Shown: positions 11,200 to 22,934 of the stretch, one piece after another | How positions within the stretch are numbered: position 1 is the first letter of the stretch | Layout: each line of letters starts with the position of its first letter | NCBI GenBank assembly: GCA_965240325.2 | Contig: OZ251226.1 | Span: forward strand, 3,100,001 to 3,164,000 | Length of the DNA: 64,000 nt | Direction of reading: 5' to 3' | DNA from: Rebecca billardiae RCC1528 | Taxonomy: Eukaryota; Protista; Haptophyta | Position numbers and translations under genes: made by a program | Notes under the pieces: generated by a model | Databases searched by the model: none | The model's input: only the letters and a program-made list of their open reading frames with translations | What the model was told of the DNA's origin: nothing

Positions 11200-12950
11200 C
11201 GGTGGTCAATTGCAAGGTCCGACGTGTCGTGGGGGTGCGAGCTCCGCCTGTCCCTGGCGGCGTCGCCTCTCGCAAACGTCGCCCGAGCTTGATGACGGCC
11301 GGCCACGCGTAGACAGCTAAACCTAAGATTCCCGCGAGGTAATGATGCGGCAAGATGCCCGCTTTCCGTTGGTCGAACTACCCGGTACGGGGTTTATCAT
11401 AGAGGCATAGTGCGCGTAATATCTGTAAATAAAGAATTGTCCATCCGAAGCTTCGTCGTCGTCGCAAACGACCAAGCTATGATAGAGTTTGCGACGAAGC
11501 CGAAAATCCGATCGCACTCGTTTGTGCGGGGAGCGCGCTGCTACAGGAGGCGATGTCCGCGCGCGACGCGCAGAATTGCGCTCAGCTGGCGTGGCTCGAC
11601 GACGCTGCCGGCACTCGTGCTCGCACACACGTGCGCGACGAGGATCAGCTCCGCCGAACCCAGCGTCAGATGCCATCGTCGACGTCGCGAGGTACTGCGC
11701 CGATCTGGCGGAGATCCAGTGGCACGTGGCGGCGATCAAGCAGCCGCACGTGCATCAGATGACGTGCACGAACGGCCTTCGAACCGCCGCCCGCGCCGCC
11801 CGCGGCGCGCGCTGCCAGGGCGCGCGCCCGCCGGTGGATCTGCATAACATCACATGCACACCGACGCGAGCCGCTCGTACCACGTCGGTCGTGCCCGAGC
11901 CGTGCTCAGCGACGGCTGCATCGACGCCAGTACAGGCTGTGCCCTGCGCGCCTCGCTGCGCGCCTGCAGACCGGTGGGCTCTCCGCGGTGCGTGCCGCTG
12001 CTGCGCCATCGTGCTGGAGGCGTGGCGCAGCAACGGCTGCATCGACGCTCGGCTCGCCGTGCGCCTCGGTGGGCCTACAGTGCCGCAGGCACCGCGCTGC
12101 CGCGCTGCCGCGCCACGCAGCGCGAACGCCATACCGTGAGTCAATAAGTCAGCGCTGAACGGCCGAATCGTAATAATAAGCTGCCGGCGCTCGGTCAATT
12201 ATGCTCCGTCGCGCCCTGCGACAGTCAAGGCGCGCTGTGTTCTGAGACTTCTTACGAGTGTTCACGACCAGCCCGCCGCACTGGGACAACGGGCCCGCGG
12301 GCCGCGCCGGGGCCTGCTGCCAGGCCGCCGGCGCGATCGGTCTAAAGTTTAAGTTTCACTCAATGGCTAGTAGAGCGCGGCCTTGGGCTTGAGCTGCTGG
12401 CCAGCGCGACTCATGTCGGTTCAAAGGCGAAGAAACACTACTCAGTTCATTTGTTTTAACGAGATTTAACGTGCGTAAGGCTCACGGTGGCAGGTTGCCG
12501 CGCCATCCTTCATCGCACGCTCTCCGAAGAGAGACCTGGAAACAGTGGCGGGCGTCAATCTCGCCTGCCTGAGCTGTGTGCGTCTCTTATTCTTAGTAAA
12601 CTGTATGACGAGCTTCCCCCCAAAAACCTAATACGCGGTTCCGCGGTCCGCGGCGGCCCCGCGAGCACTCATTCATGATTGATCCGACACGCCGGTCCTC
12701 GGCCGGGGTCTGCGCTCGGGGTCTTCTCTCGGCCCCGGTTTTAGCGTGTATGATAGTAATCGTTTGCGACGAAGCCGACGACGAAGCCGGTCTTCTTGCG
12801 TCCCGAAGCTCAAAATCGCGTTGATTGATGAGTTGATAATAGATAATAATACTACTAGATTCATACTACTACGCGCGCAATTCAGCGCGCGGTACTCCGC
12901 TCAGCTGACCGTCTCCGAGGCAGTGGCGCAGTGCTCGCGGAACCACTCCG

Positions 12951-13763
12951 ATGCGGCTCACAGCGAACAGGCTCACGTCGGGCTGGGTGTTGCCGCCGAC
13001 GGGCGGCCCGCTCCTCGAGAAGCCGTGGAAGGTGATGCTGGTGTTCACGCACCCGCTCAAGAGCTCCTACTGCGCTGCGCTCGCCGACGAGGTCCGCTCG
13101 TCGCTGACTGCGCAGGGGCACCTGGTGGATTTCATCGACCTCTACAACTACGGTGGTGAGGGCCAGCCCTTCCAGGCGGCGCTCACCCCCGCGGAGCGCG
13201 AGCACTTCTTCGACGGCGTGAAACCGCCGCACAAGTGGGCCGAGCCGCCGGCGGACACGGCGCCGCTGATCGACAAGGTGCGCACCGCGGACGCGCTCGT
13301 CTTCGTCTACCCGTGCTGGTGGATGTCGATGCCCGCGATCCTCAAGGGCTTCTTCGACCGGGTCTACCTCTTTGGCGTGGCGCTCGTGCCCGGGCCCGAC
13401 GGCAAGATGCAAGCGGGCGGGCTGCCCAACGTCAAGCGCGTGGCGGCCGTGTGCACCTATCAGGCGCCCCGCATCTTCGCAGCCATTGCTGGGGACAGCG
13501 GCCACTCGCTCATCGGCAAGATCATGCTGGGCGTGTACCACAAGGACTGCTCCTTGCTCTGGAAGGGCATCTACGACATGGACAACGTCACCGCCGAGGG
13601 GCGTGCCGCCTTCCTGAAGGACGTGCGCGCCACCTTCGCCACGTGGCTGCCGCCCGTGGAGCCCAGCGCGGCCGCAGCGGCCGCGGCGGCCGCGGCGGTC
13701 GCAGTGGCCGCCCCCGCGGGGCAGCCGCGCCCGCGGAAGCGCGGCGGCTGCGTCATTTCCTGA
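12951..13763 (+). CDS. Flavodoxin-fold NAD(P)H:quinone oxidoreductase (Flavodoxin_2 / NQO-MdaB-KefF family)
   Basis: KVMLVFTHP..SSY, DLY, ADALVFVYPCWWMSMPAILKGFFDRV; ends RPRKRGGCVIS*. Confidence 0.9.
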   Translation: MRLTANRLTSGWVLPPTGGPLLEKPWKVMLVFTHPLKSSYCAALADEVRSSLTAQGHLVDFIDLYNYGGEGQPFQAALTPAEREHFFDGVKPPHKWAEPPADTAPLIDKVRTADALVFVYPCWWMSMPAILKGFFDRVYLFGVALVPGPDGKMQAGGLPNVKRVAAVCTYQAPRIFAAIAGDSGHSLIGKIMLGVYHKDCSLLWKGIYDMDNVTAEGRAAFLKDVRATFATWLPPVEPSAAAAAAAAAAVAVAAPAGQPRPRKRGGCVIS

Positions 13764-14367
13764 GAGCTGCCGCGTCGCCAGCTCCTCTCTGCCGTCGGCT
13801 CCCCAGTCCGGCCAGACCTCACCTGGAACGAGCCCGTGAGCTCGCATCAGGGGCGCCTCGGGCCCTAGGAGTAGCCTAGGGCCGCGGGGCCGCCGCCGCC
13901 GCCGGCGCCGCGCAAGGTCGGCAGGCTTCAAGGTCGGAAAGGGTGAAGGCCAAGGTCAAAGGGATTCGGGGTTGCGCGGCGGTAGGTCAACGCGCGGCGC
14001 CCGCCGGTATCGTCGCGCATATATGAGTGTCGTAGTATTTAGCGCAGTGTCGTCATACTGTCTCTGATGAGTCTGATCGGACGGCCACGAATCACGACGA
14101 TGATCCGAGTGAACCGCGCGAACGACACGGAGTATACGCGACGCCGCGGTAGTGCCGGTAGTCCGGCACTCCGGCCTCTAATCAGTGGGCTGCTTGTTTA
14201 TTGGACCCGGCCAGTAGTGAGTAGCTTAGTCGTAGTGTGCACGGCCACGCGGCACGGGCACTGCTGTCGCCGCCGAGTCGGCGGACGGCGTCAAGCCAGA
14301 TCGGCAGCCGACTGAAGGCGACAGCTGGCGATGCCGAAGACGCGCCCGAGCCCGCGCCCGCCCCGGA

Positions 14368-15225
14368 TCAGAGCACCTTCCGCCGCGGCGTCGATGGCTT
14401 GAGCAGGTCGTCCTGCCGCAGCTTGGAGTGCACGCTGAGCGTGCCGCGCGCGCCCGCGCCCTTGCCGCGCGCCAGGCGCAGCGTGTCGGCCGTCGCGCCG
14501 AGCGGCGTGCCGTCGCGCGAGCGCTGCCGGCTGAGCATCGGCCGGGTCGCGCCGGGCAGGTTGTGCGCGGCGACCGGGTCGCGCTCGCGCTGGCGCAGCG
14601 GCGCGTACTCGGGCGTGCGCGGCCACACGCCGCGCTCGGGGCTCGGCGCGCGCGGCCTGCCTCGATCGAAGGGCGTCGCGCCCGCGGTCGCGCCACTCGT
14701 CGCCGGGCGCGCGGAGGACGCGTGACGGCTCATCGCGCCCGGCGTCGCGCCCGGCACCGCGATCGACGCCGCGGCGATCCCGCCCGCGCTGCCGCGCCGC
14801 TCCCACCCGCCGGCCGCGCCCGCCGAGCCCGGAGCCGCCGAGCCCGGAGCGAGCGGGAGCAGGTCCCGCGTGGCGAGGGTGGCGGCGCCGCCCCTCGGCG
14901 ACGCCACGCCCGAGCGACCGCCCGGCTGCGAGGAGGCGGGTCGCGAGAGCTTGTTGCGCTCGTCGGGCGGTGGGCTCGCCGAGAGCGCGCGCCGCGCCTC
15001 CTCCTGCCCGATCACCACGCTCATGTTGCGCCCGTCCACCAGCTTCTCGTACACCCGCACCGGGATGTGCTCGGGCTCGATCGGCAGCGGCCCACCGTAC
15101 GCCTCAGTGCCCGCCTCCTGCACGCGCACGCCCGAGGCGGGGGCCATCACGTCGAGCAGCTGGGGCTGCCACTCGAGGACGGAGGAGTCGGCGGTGGTGA
15201 GCAGCGGCGCGCCGTTCTGGCCCGG

Positions 15226-15260
<35 letters not shown>

Positions 15261-16518
15261 GCTGCTGCGTGCGCCTCGACGACACGGCGCGCGAGAGCTC
15301 GGCACCGCCCTCCGCGGCCGCGCGCGCGCCCAGCGGGTCGTGCACGAGAACATTCTCAGAGATGCTGCAGGGGCGGAGGGGGGCGGGGCGGGGCGGGGCG
15401 GGCGCGAGGGGCTCAGCGGGCGTGCAGAGCGCGAAGAGCGCGGAGCGCGCGCCCGCGCGCCGCGCGCGCGCGCACCGTGCGGCCGAGCTCGCGAGCAGCC
15501 TGGGCATCGTGTCCGGCATCAGAGGCGGCGCGGCCGGCACCGCTGGCCGGCCGGCGGCGGCGTACACGTACTCGCGCCCGCCGAGCGCCTCGCGCATCTG
15601 CTCGACGAGCTGCCGCTCCACGTTCGACTCGCGCGCGAGCTGCCGCGCGAGCCGCGAGGCCGTGGTGAGCCGCACCTCCGCGTCTGCATCGCTCCTGCAC
15701 GCGAGGGCGCCCGAGGGCGGCGCGCACAGTCAGCGGTCAGCGGTGAGCGCGACGGGGGGCGCACGGCTGGCTGGCGCGCGCGTCGACGGGCCGTCGCGGC
15801 GCGCGCGGCGCAGAGGGGCGGTCGGTGCGGGGCGCGGAGGCGGCGCGCACCGGGCTGGCACGCGCTGCGCCTCGAGCTCCACCTTGGTCACGTCCACCTT
15901 CGGGTGCGTGTCCTCCTTCGCCTTGGGCGGCGGCGGCGCGTCGAACGCGGCACGCTCCGCGGCGAGCGAGCGAGTGGCGCCCTCCTTGTTGGAGGAGGTG
16001 GAGACGATGGAGGCGGTGGAGGCGCGCATGCCGGTGCCGCGCAGGTTGGGTGGTGGCATGAACCCCTCCGACACGGGCTCGAGCCCGCCCGGCGGAGGCA
16101 GCGACGCCGCCGTGCGCGGGCGCCCCTTGCCCGCGCGCTCGCTCTGCATCGTGCGGAAGACCGCGCGCGACCACGTGTCGTTCGCCGCGGCGACGGGCTC
16201 GTCGTCAGCGCCCCACGTGCGGTCGAGGAGATCGGGCTCGCCGGGGTCCGCCTCCACGTGGTACGCCTGCACCACGTGCGCCATCGACGCGCGGAGCAGC
16301 GAGGCGGTGTACGAGGGCGTGCGCGCGTTCAGCCGTGCGCGCTCGTGCACGCTGAGCGCGCGCTCGATCATGTCGGCGATGACGACCGGAGCGACGGAGA
16401 GCGCCTCGGCACGGAGTATCTCCGCCTCCGTCGGGCCCTCCGGCTCCTTGATCTTCTTCGCCGCCGAGCCAGGCTTGCCCTTGGCAGGCGCCTTCGACGG
16501 CGTCTTCTTGGGCGCCAT
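14368..16518 (-). CDS. Hypothetical protein, N-terminal domain resembling C2orf81/DUF4639
   Basis: Exons 16518-15851, 15694-15476 and 15364-14368 (introns 15695-15850, 15365-15475). Motif DPGE...TWGADDEPV...DTWSR recalls the C2orf81 family (from memory). Confidence 0.65.
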
Positions 16519-16650
16519 GGCGCCCGGCGCCTTGGCGAAACTGACGTCGAGTCCACCGAGCCGATCGGCGGCCGGCGCTCGAGACTGCAGCCACCGCCCT
16601 TGCTGCTTACAAGCCGCGAGGCCGGAGGAAAGCGTGGCGCGGCCTTGGCG

Positions 16651-18378
16651 ATGGCGGCCCGCAACGGCCGGTGGGTCGATGGCGTGCTCGAGGCGATGTG
16701 GCTGCCCGGCTCGACGTGGCCCGCGACGCGGGAGCGGCTCGAGCTGGCCGCGGCGGCGTGGATCCGCACCACCTACCCTGCCGTCGCGCCGCTGGCCCTC
16801 TCGCCGGCGCCGCGGTACGGCACGCGCAAGGCGACGCCGTGGGTGGACGCGGGCGAGCCCGCGCCGCCTGCCGCCACCGCCGCGGCCGCGGCCGCGCGCG
16901 TGCCACGCGAGGTGGCCGAGGCGGTGGACGCGCTCGTGCTGCTCGTTGCCGCCGAGGCCCTCGAGCGCGACGGCTGGCCCACCACCCGGCCCGCCGCCGC
17001 CGCCGCCGACGTGCCGCCGGCGGAGGCAGCGGGCGTCGAGGCGAGTCTCGAGGCCATGGGCACGCCGTTTGCGCGCACGCACTTCGCGGCGGTGCCCCGG
17101 CGCGCGCACCTGCTCCAGCCGCCGTGGCTCACGCCCGACGCCGCCGCGCACCTGCGCGCGAGCGTGCGCCGCGGCCTCGCCGACGCCATCAGCGCCGAGC
17201 TCGAGCTCGCGCGCGCGGGCCCCGCCGCGCGCGCGTACGCGGCGCGCGCACTCGAGCTCGGCGTTGAGGCGCTGCGCGAAGAGGCGGCGCGCGGCCGGCG
17301 GTCGGCGCGCGACGCGGCCGGCGCGGGCGCGGCGCGGCTGCTCGCCGAGCGCACCGCGGACGAGCGCGACGAGCTGCTCGAGCCGCTCGCGGCCGCGGCC
17401 GCGCCGCTGCCGCCGGCAGTGCGCCGGCTGGTGTGGACCGATGCCCTGCTGAGGCGCGGCGACGCGGCGAGGGCGCGCGCGCGCGTGGCGCGAAACGTGC
17501 GCCTCGCGGGGCTTGGCGCGGCGCGGGAGGCGGCCGTGTCGCGCACGCTGCTCCGCGCCGCCGCGGCGGCCTGCGGCGACGAGACCGCGCGTGCGCTCGG
17601 CCTCGAGGTGCTGTGTGCCGACCACTTCGCCGGCCCGGACCCGACCGAGCCGGCGGAGGCGGCGGAGGGCGAGGAGGCGGCCACAGCGGCGCTGCGCGCG
17701 CCGCAGCCGCTCGCCGACCCGATCGCGCTCGCCGGCGCGCTGCCGCCGCTGACGTGGGCTTGGGCGGGCGCGGACGCGGGCGAGGCGGAGCCCGCCGCGC
17801 TCGCGGCGATGCTCCGCTCACTCCGCTCGCGCCGCGCGCTCGGAGGCCTGCGCACGCACGCGCTCGCCGCGCGCGTGCTCGAGGCGCTCGCGCGCGCACA
17901 CCCGGCCGCGTTTGCAGACTTGCTCGCGCTCGCCGCCACGCCGCCGCCGCCCGGCGGCGGCGACGGCGACGGCGGCGGCGGCGACGCGTGGGGCGGGAAC
18001 GGCTCCGCCGAGCGCGCGGCCCTCGCCCTCGCCGAGCACGTCGCCGACGAGTGGCTCGGCCGCGGGCTGTGCGCGGCGCTCCCGCGCGGCGCCGTGCTGT
18101 GGGCGTGGGATCAGTGCACGCTCGCGCGCTCGTGGGAGCCGCTGCTCACGGTGGCGGCGGTGCTGCTGGAGGGGCTGCGGCACGACGTGCGCCGGCTGCG
18201 CGAGCGCGGCGCGGACGCGCGCGCGCTGCACACGCTGCTACGCGCGCGGCACGACGGCTGGACCGTCGCGCGCCTCCGAGCGCGCTGCCGCCCAGACCTG
18301 CCACCGCCCGCAGACGCGGCCCAGCTGTGGGGAGTGCACAGGCTTGACCTCGCACACGGCGTGGCCGGTGTGCCGGTC

Positions 18379-18412
<34 letters not shown>

Positions 18413-18864
18413 TGCCTGCGCACACGGAAGCAGATGAGTTTACGAGCAACTGGGCCGAGGGCGCCCGCCCCGCGCACGCGCCGCCCATGTCGATGGCCGA
18501 GGCGGTCGCTGCGGCCAAGAAGGCGGCCATGATGGGCCGCGCGGACCGGGACGGCGCGGAAACGGCGCATGAGGCTGCTGACTACGACCTGATGTTCAGC
18601 GACGAGGATGATGAGGCCGCGGCGGAAGACGCGGCGGCGCGTGGGCGTCCGCAGGCGACCCTGTCACGGCATGATGCGCACAGCTCGGCGCAGCCCAGTG
18701 GCAACAAGCGCCGCCGTGGTCTGCGCGCGCGCCCGGTGCGTGCGATGCTGCACAGGCTCGGCCTCGCGTCTGAGAGAGCGGGCTCGGGCGAGTCGCCGCC
18801 ACCAACGGCGGCAGCAGGCGAGTCGCCGCCACCAACGGCGGCAGCAGGCGAACTCGCAATGTAG
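16651..18864 (+). CDS. Hypothetical Ala-rich protein with a divergent Rab-GAP/TBC-like C-terminal region
   Basis: Coding-like 3' part of ORF 14428..18864 from ATG 16651. LPPAVRRLVW and EWLGRGLCAALPRGAVLWAWDQC....W..L...AAVLL..LR resemble TBC motifs. 30-bp tandem repeat at about 18787-18851. Confidence 0.6.
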
Positions 18865-18949
18865 CCGACGGCTCATGAGGCACGAGTGTCTGCCGTATGT
18901 CCGCGTCACTGGCGCGTCACTGGCGGTGAGACTCAGTCAATGGTCGAGG

Positions 18950-18994
18950 AAAAAAAACGCGCCCGCCTGGTCAAAAAAAAGCAAAAACGCAAAA
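18950..18994 (-). terminator. RNA polymerase III terminator T-runs downstream of the tRNA
   Basis: T4, T5, T8 and T8 runs on the minus strand immediately 3' of the tRNA. Confidence 0.75.
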
Positions 18995-18997
18995 GGA

Positions 18998-19069
18998 TTG
19001 GCCCACCGGGAATCGAACCCGGGCTTTCCGCGTGACGGGCGGAGGTACTGACCACTATACGATGAGCCA
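18998..19069 (-). tRNA. tRNA with GUC anticodon (Asp-like; atypical C33 and A73)
   Basis: Cloverleaf TGGCTCA-TC-GTATAGTGGTCAGTAC-C-TCCGC-CCGTCAC-GCGGA-AAGC-CCGGG-TTCGATT-CCCGG-TGGGCCA-A; anticodon at 19034-19036. Confidence 0.85.
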
Positions 19070-19876
19070 GATCTGAAGGTGCACTTCAATTTACTGTCTA
19101 TGTACTCTCTGGCTGCGAACATCAAGATCAACCGGACCTGGAGTGGCGGCGGGCCACACCGACGTCACACTCACCGTCATCAGACATTCAGTCAGACATC
19201 ACCGTCTGCCGACGGCCTGACACCGTTGAACTTTGCTGTGGCCGCGTCCCTTAGCCGCCCGATTCAACAGCGGGTGAGCGGGCGGTTGTAGCCAGGTCCT
19301 AGTAGTCGGCGGTGGCGCGGTACTCAGTATACGCGGAGAGCCTGCCAGCGGCGCAGCATTCGGCGGGCCACACATGTCCATGACACAGCCAACTAAGTCG
19401 GACCTAATGACCTATTCTATGATTTAACGACACAGGTAGGACGACCGGGTTCCCGTTATTCAGCATTAATTAATAATACTAAGTACTCGGAGGCGTACTT
19501 AGTTAGTTCCCGGCCGCGCCCCGCGGCCGCTGACCCGGGGACTCCGTCCGTCACTCGGTGCCGGTGCGCCACTCAGTCGGGCCGGACATCACGGTGAGAC
19601 CTGCATGATCCCGCGGCAGTGCCATCCCGCCGCCACCGGGCTAACCGGAAGTGAGCATGCGGCGTCTGCGACTCCCGGGACCGTGACTCGTGAGCTAGTC
19701 CGTTACTCAACCAGAACTCGGACTGACCCGCGCCCCCGCTCCGCTCGTAGTCCGCCGCCGCTCACGAGTCACGGCTTACGCGATCATGGCGCCGAGTGCC
19801 CGAGTATCGCCTATCGGCGGACGAGGTCATACTCATAGTACTCATCGCCGGGACCTCGTCAGCACTCCGCCACTTA

Positions 19877-20217
19877 CTCCGCGCCGAGGCGCCAATAAAT
19901 GGCGCGACGCCGCACCCGTAACATTATTATTTATTGGCTGATTTACGCGGCTTTAGATCTCAGTATCGGACACTGCGTGTGTAGACAGTACTTACTTAGT
20001 TAGCTAACCTCACGCTCACACTCACACGACACACTTCTGACAGGCCCTGCGCGACACCCGGTGAGCCGCGCGAGCTCCGCCGAGGCGCCAATAATGGCGA
20101 CGCGCCGCACCCGATTGGCGATTCGCGGCTTGATCTCAGTAGACACTGTAGACAGTATAGCACCTCACGCTCACACTCACACTTCACAGGCCCTGCGCGA
20201 CACCGTAGCCGCGCGAG
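19877..20217. repeat. Imperfect tandem duplication (198-nt and 143-nt copies)
   Basis: 19877-20074 aligns end to end with 20075-20217; differences are indels only. Confidence 0.9.
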
Positions 20218-20503
20218 ACGCGGCCTCAGAGTCAGACCCACCCGCCGCCGCATCCGCTGCGCTGATCGCAGCTCTGGATCAGTTATCGGGAACACGGACT
20301 GCCGGGTGCACTCGACGGCGCGTTGCTCGCAAAGCCAAGCGCAAGATGCGCAAGCTCGCGGGGCGGTGCCGTCCAGTGGGCCTGCAGTGGCTCTGGTCGC
20401 GTGTCCGTCATGGTTGGCGGGGACTGTCCGTCATGGTTGGCGGGGATGAGTCGGGTTGCGCGAGCGAGTTTCACTGCGCCTCGGAGCGGCTGGCCCGCGC
20501 CGC

Positions 20504-21280
20504 TCACTCGGAAGCATGCCCAAGCATGCGCGCGAGCTCAGCCTCGAGTGCGGGCACAGAGTACTCGAACGGGCCCTTGCCGCCCAGCCATTCAAGCCGG
20601 CCGTCGCGCACGATCGCAAGCCGCTCCGGCGTCGCGCCAAACGCCACGAGCAGGTCGTCGTGCATGGTGTCCACGATGAGCCGCACGTCACTCGGCGCGA
20701 CGCCAACCTTGGCGGCATCGCGCCGCAGCGCGAGCGCCGCCTCCACGCGCTCGTCGAGCGAGCGGTGCGTGCGGATGCGGTGCGACGAGCCGATGTCCCA
20801 CCCGTCCGTCGGGTGCGCCTCGGCGATGTAGACGAGCGCAAAGTCGACGCGCCCACGGTAGCCGTCGACGACGCGGGCGAAGGCCTCGAGGCTCGCCATG
20901 AACGGCGGTCAGGAGCACGAGCCGAAGTTGAGCACGGTGACGCGCGACGCAGACGTGCAGGCGTCGGCGAAAGGCAGGGCAGAGCGCGCGCCGCTCGTGG
21001 CGAGCTCGGTGATGACCGCTTTGGAGATGTCGTCGCCCTGCGCGAGCGTGGGATATGTGGCGAGCATGTGCGACTGGTACACTGCCTTGATATGCGACCA
21101 GCCGGTGAACAGCTTGACCGACGCTGGGATGCCCGTCGCCTCTTCCATCCGCAGCACCGCGCGGCGGATCGGACCCGGGCCGTAATCGCGCACGAGGAAG
21201 ACGAAGGTGATGAGCGCCGTGGAAGCGCACGCACTCACGTGGCGCCGAAGCGTCTCGAGACGCGAGACGGCGGCCCCCAT
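20504..21280 (-). CDS. Iodothyronine deiodinase-like selenoprotein (in-frame TGA read as Sec)
   Basis: ORF 20909..21385 ends VLNFGSCS-TGA (20909-20911) and continues in frame PPFMASL...DFALVYIAEAHPTDGW...HRSLDER...VDTM.D....FGATPERL.IVRDG...GGKGPF.Y. This matches the deiodinase NFGSCxUPPF and YIxEAH motifs. ATG at 21280. Confidence 0.92.
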
Positions 21281-22934
21281 CGGACTAATTCCCGGCTTGA
21301 AGGAGGGGCCGGAGCGGGAGTCGCAAGACCGCGCGGCCGAGGCGGGCTTCTTGGCTCCCAGCGTGGGCTCCTGGTACCCCCACACCGTAATCCGACGACA
21401 GCAATAGGGTGCGTGTAATCAGGTACAGCAATTACTTTCCTGCGCTATGTTTTCACGTGTAGCAGAGGTATTTTTTAAATTCCCCTTTATAACGGGCTCC
21501 GGGTGATCAGGCTGGCGGCCGAAGCCTCCAGCCCTACCCTGGCCAGCCCCCAACCAACCACCACCCTCACCCAACCTCAAACCACTGACCGAGACACCTA
21601 GTGTCTTGACACCACTCCACTGTGGACAGCCCGCCTCCAGAGGGGGCGGGGGTATGCCATTGCCAACAGCATACGAGCCCAACACTGTGGGGTGGTCCCA
21701 GGTACAAGCAGTGTACGGCCTTGCAATTCAAGATCATCGAGTTTGAGCCGAGTCGGCAGCAGGGGCACCCCCTAGGGTGCCCCAGTGTGGGCAGAGGGCC
21801 AGCCACTAGCCGATCCCTGCGCGGGGAAGGGAGCTGAGGGGACTGTCATCGAGCCCAGTAGCTGGGCAGGGGTCTGGGCCACTGGCCCTGGCAGCGAGGC
21901 GCCTGTATTTCACTCGTGCAGCTATGGAGGCAGAGGGGGTCATGTCAGACATGTGTGCTACATCGGGCATCAAGTCCGGGCGTGGGCCGCTGTAGGAAGC
22001 AAGCAAAGTGGTGGCGATGGCTAATACGCCTGGGGAGGTGTCGTTCGCTCGCCTCTTCCTGCTGCGCTGTGCAGGGGGTAGCGTGCTCCGCTGCGGCACA
22101 TTTGCCTGGCGGGGTGGGCAGTGTCGTTTGGGCGGGGGGCTGTCCTGCTGCGCTTGACTAGGAGGAGGCAGCCCGCGCCTGGGGGCTGCCGGTGGCCTGG
22201 CAGAGCCAGCAGGCGGCTGTGCGGCCTGCTGTCCAGTGTCTGACTGTGTAAGGTCGCTGTGAGCTCCGTTACCAGTGTGACTGCCAGCAGCCGGGTCTGC
22301 CTCCATCTCAGGGCCCCCATGTGTCAACATATTGTCCGGCGGACCCACATTGCTGCGAGCCAGCGGGGTGGCATATTGGAGCGGCCATGCCACAAGAGGT
22401 GTGGCAGGCTGCAGAGGCCACGCAATCACCACTTAGGGAGGGGGCGAGCACGCTGAAGGGGCCACGCCTGCGAGAGTGACTGGGGGCGCACGTGGTGACC
22501 GCGCGCTATGGGCTGGTGCAGGTTGGCCTGCCCCGCGCCTGCCTGCCAGCCCTGGCCAGCCTGGGCAGGGGGTTGCTGCTGGATGACAGGTGGTCCTTGC
22601 AACTGATTATTCATGGCAATCGCCCCTCCTGGGCCTGCCTGTGCCTGTGGGGGTGGGGGCTGCCCCCCTGGGCCGTGCCCAGGCGGCGGCCGAAGCTCCC
22701 TGGCATGTCGAAGGAGACGTCCTGCCTTCGACAGCTGGGAGTCCACGTCCTTGCGGGCCTGCATGATGCCTAGCCCTGCCTTCAGTAAGGCCACGTGCAT
22801 GGTCCTGCCGAGATGCACGTTGCCCCCCACAGTGGTCTTCAGTGTGCTGGGCACCCTGCCCATGAGAGCAGCCCCAGAGCACACGTGACGTGCCAAGTTC
22901 CATGCTGCAGCCTGTCCCTGCATGAATGGCTCAA

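Noticed and set aside
11323-12200. Several short overlapping ORFs between the CA and quinone reductase genes
   Set aside because: No motif or convincing start; cannot support a gene call.
14428-16650. 5' half of the 1478-aa ORF 14428..18864 and other very long Arg/Ala-rich ORFs (e.g. 3693..7049, 44664..47222, 56124..58217)
   Set aside because: Shadow or antisense frames of real genes, open only because stops are rare at this GC content.
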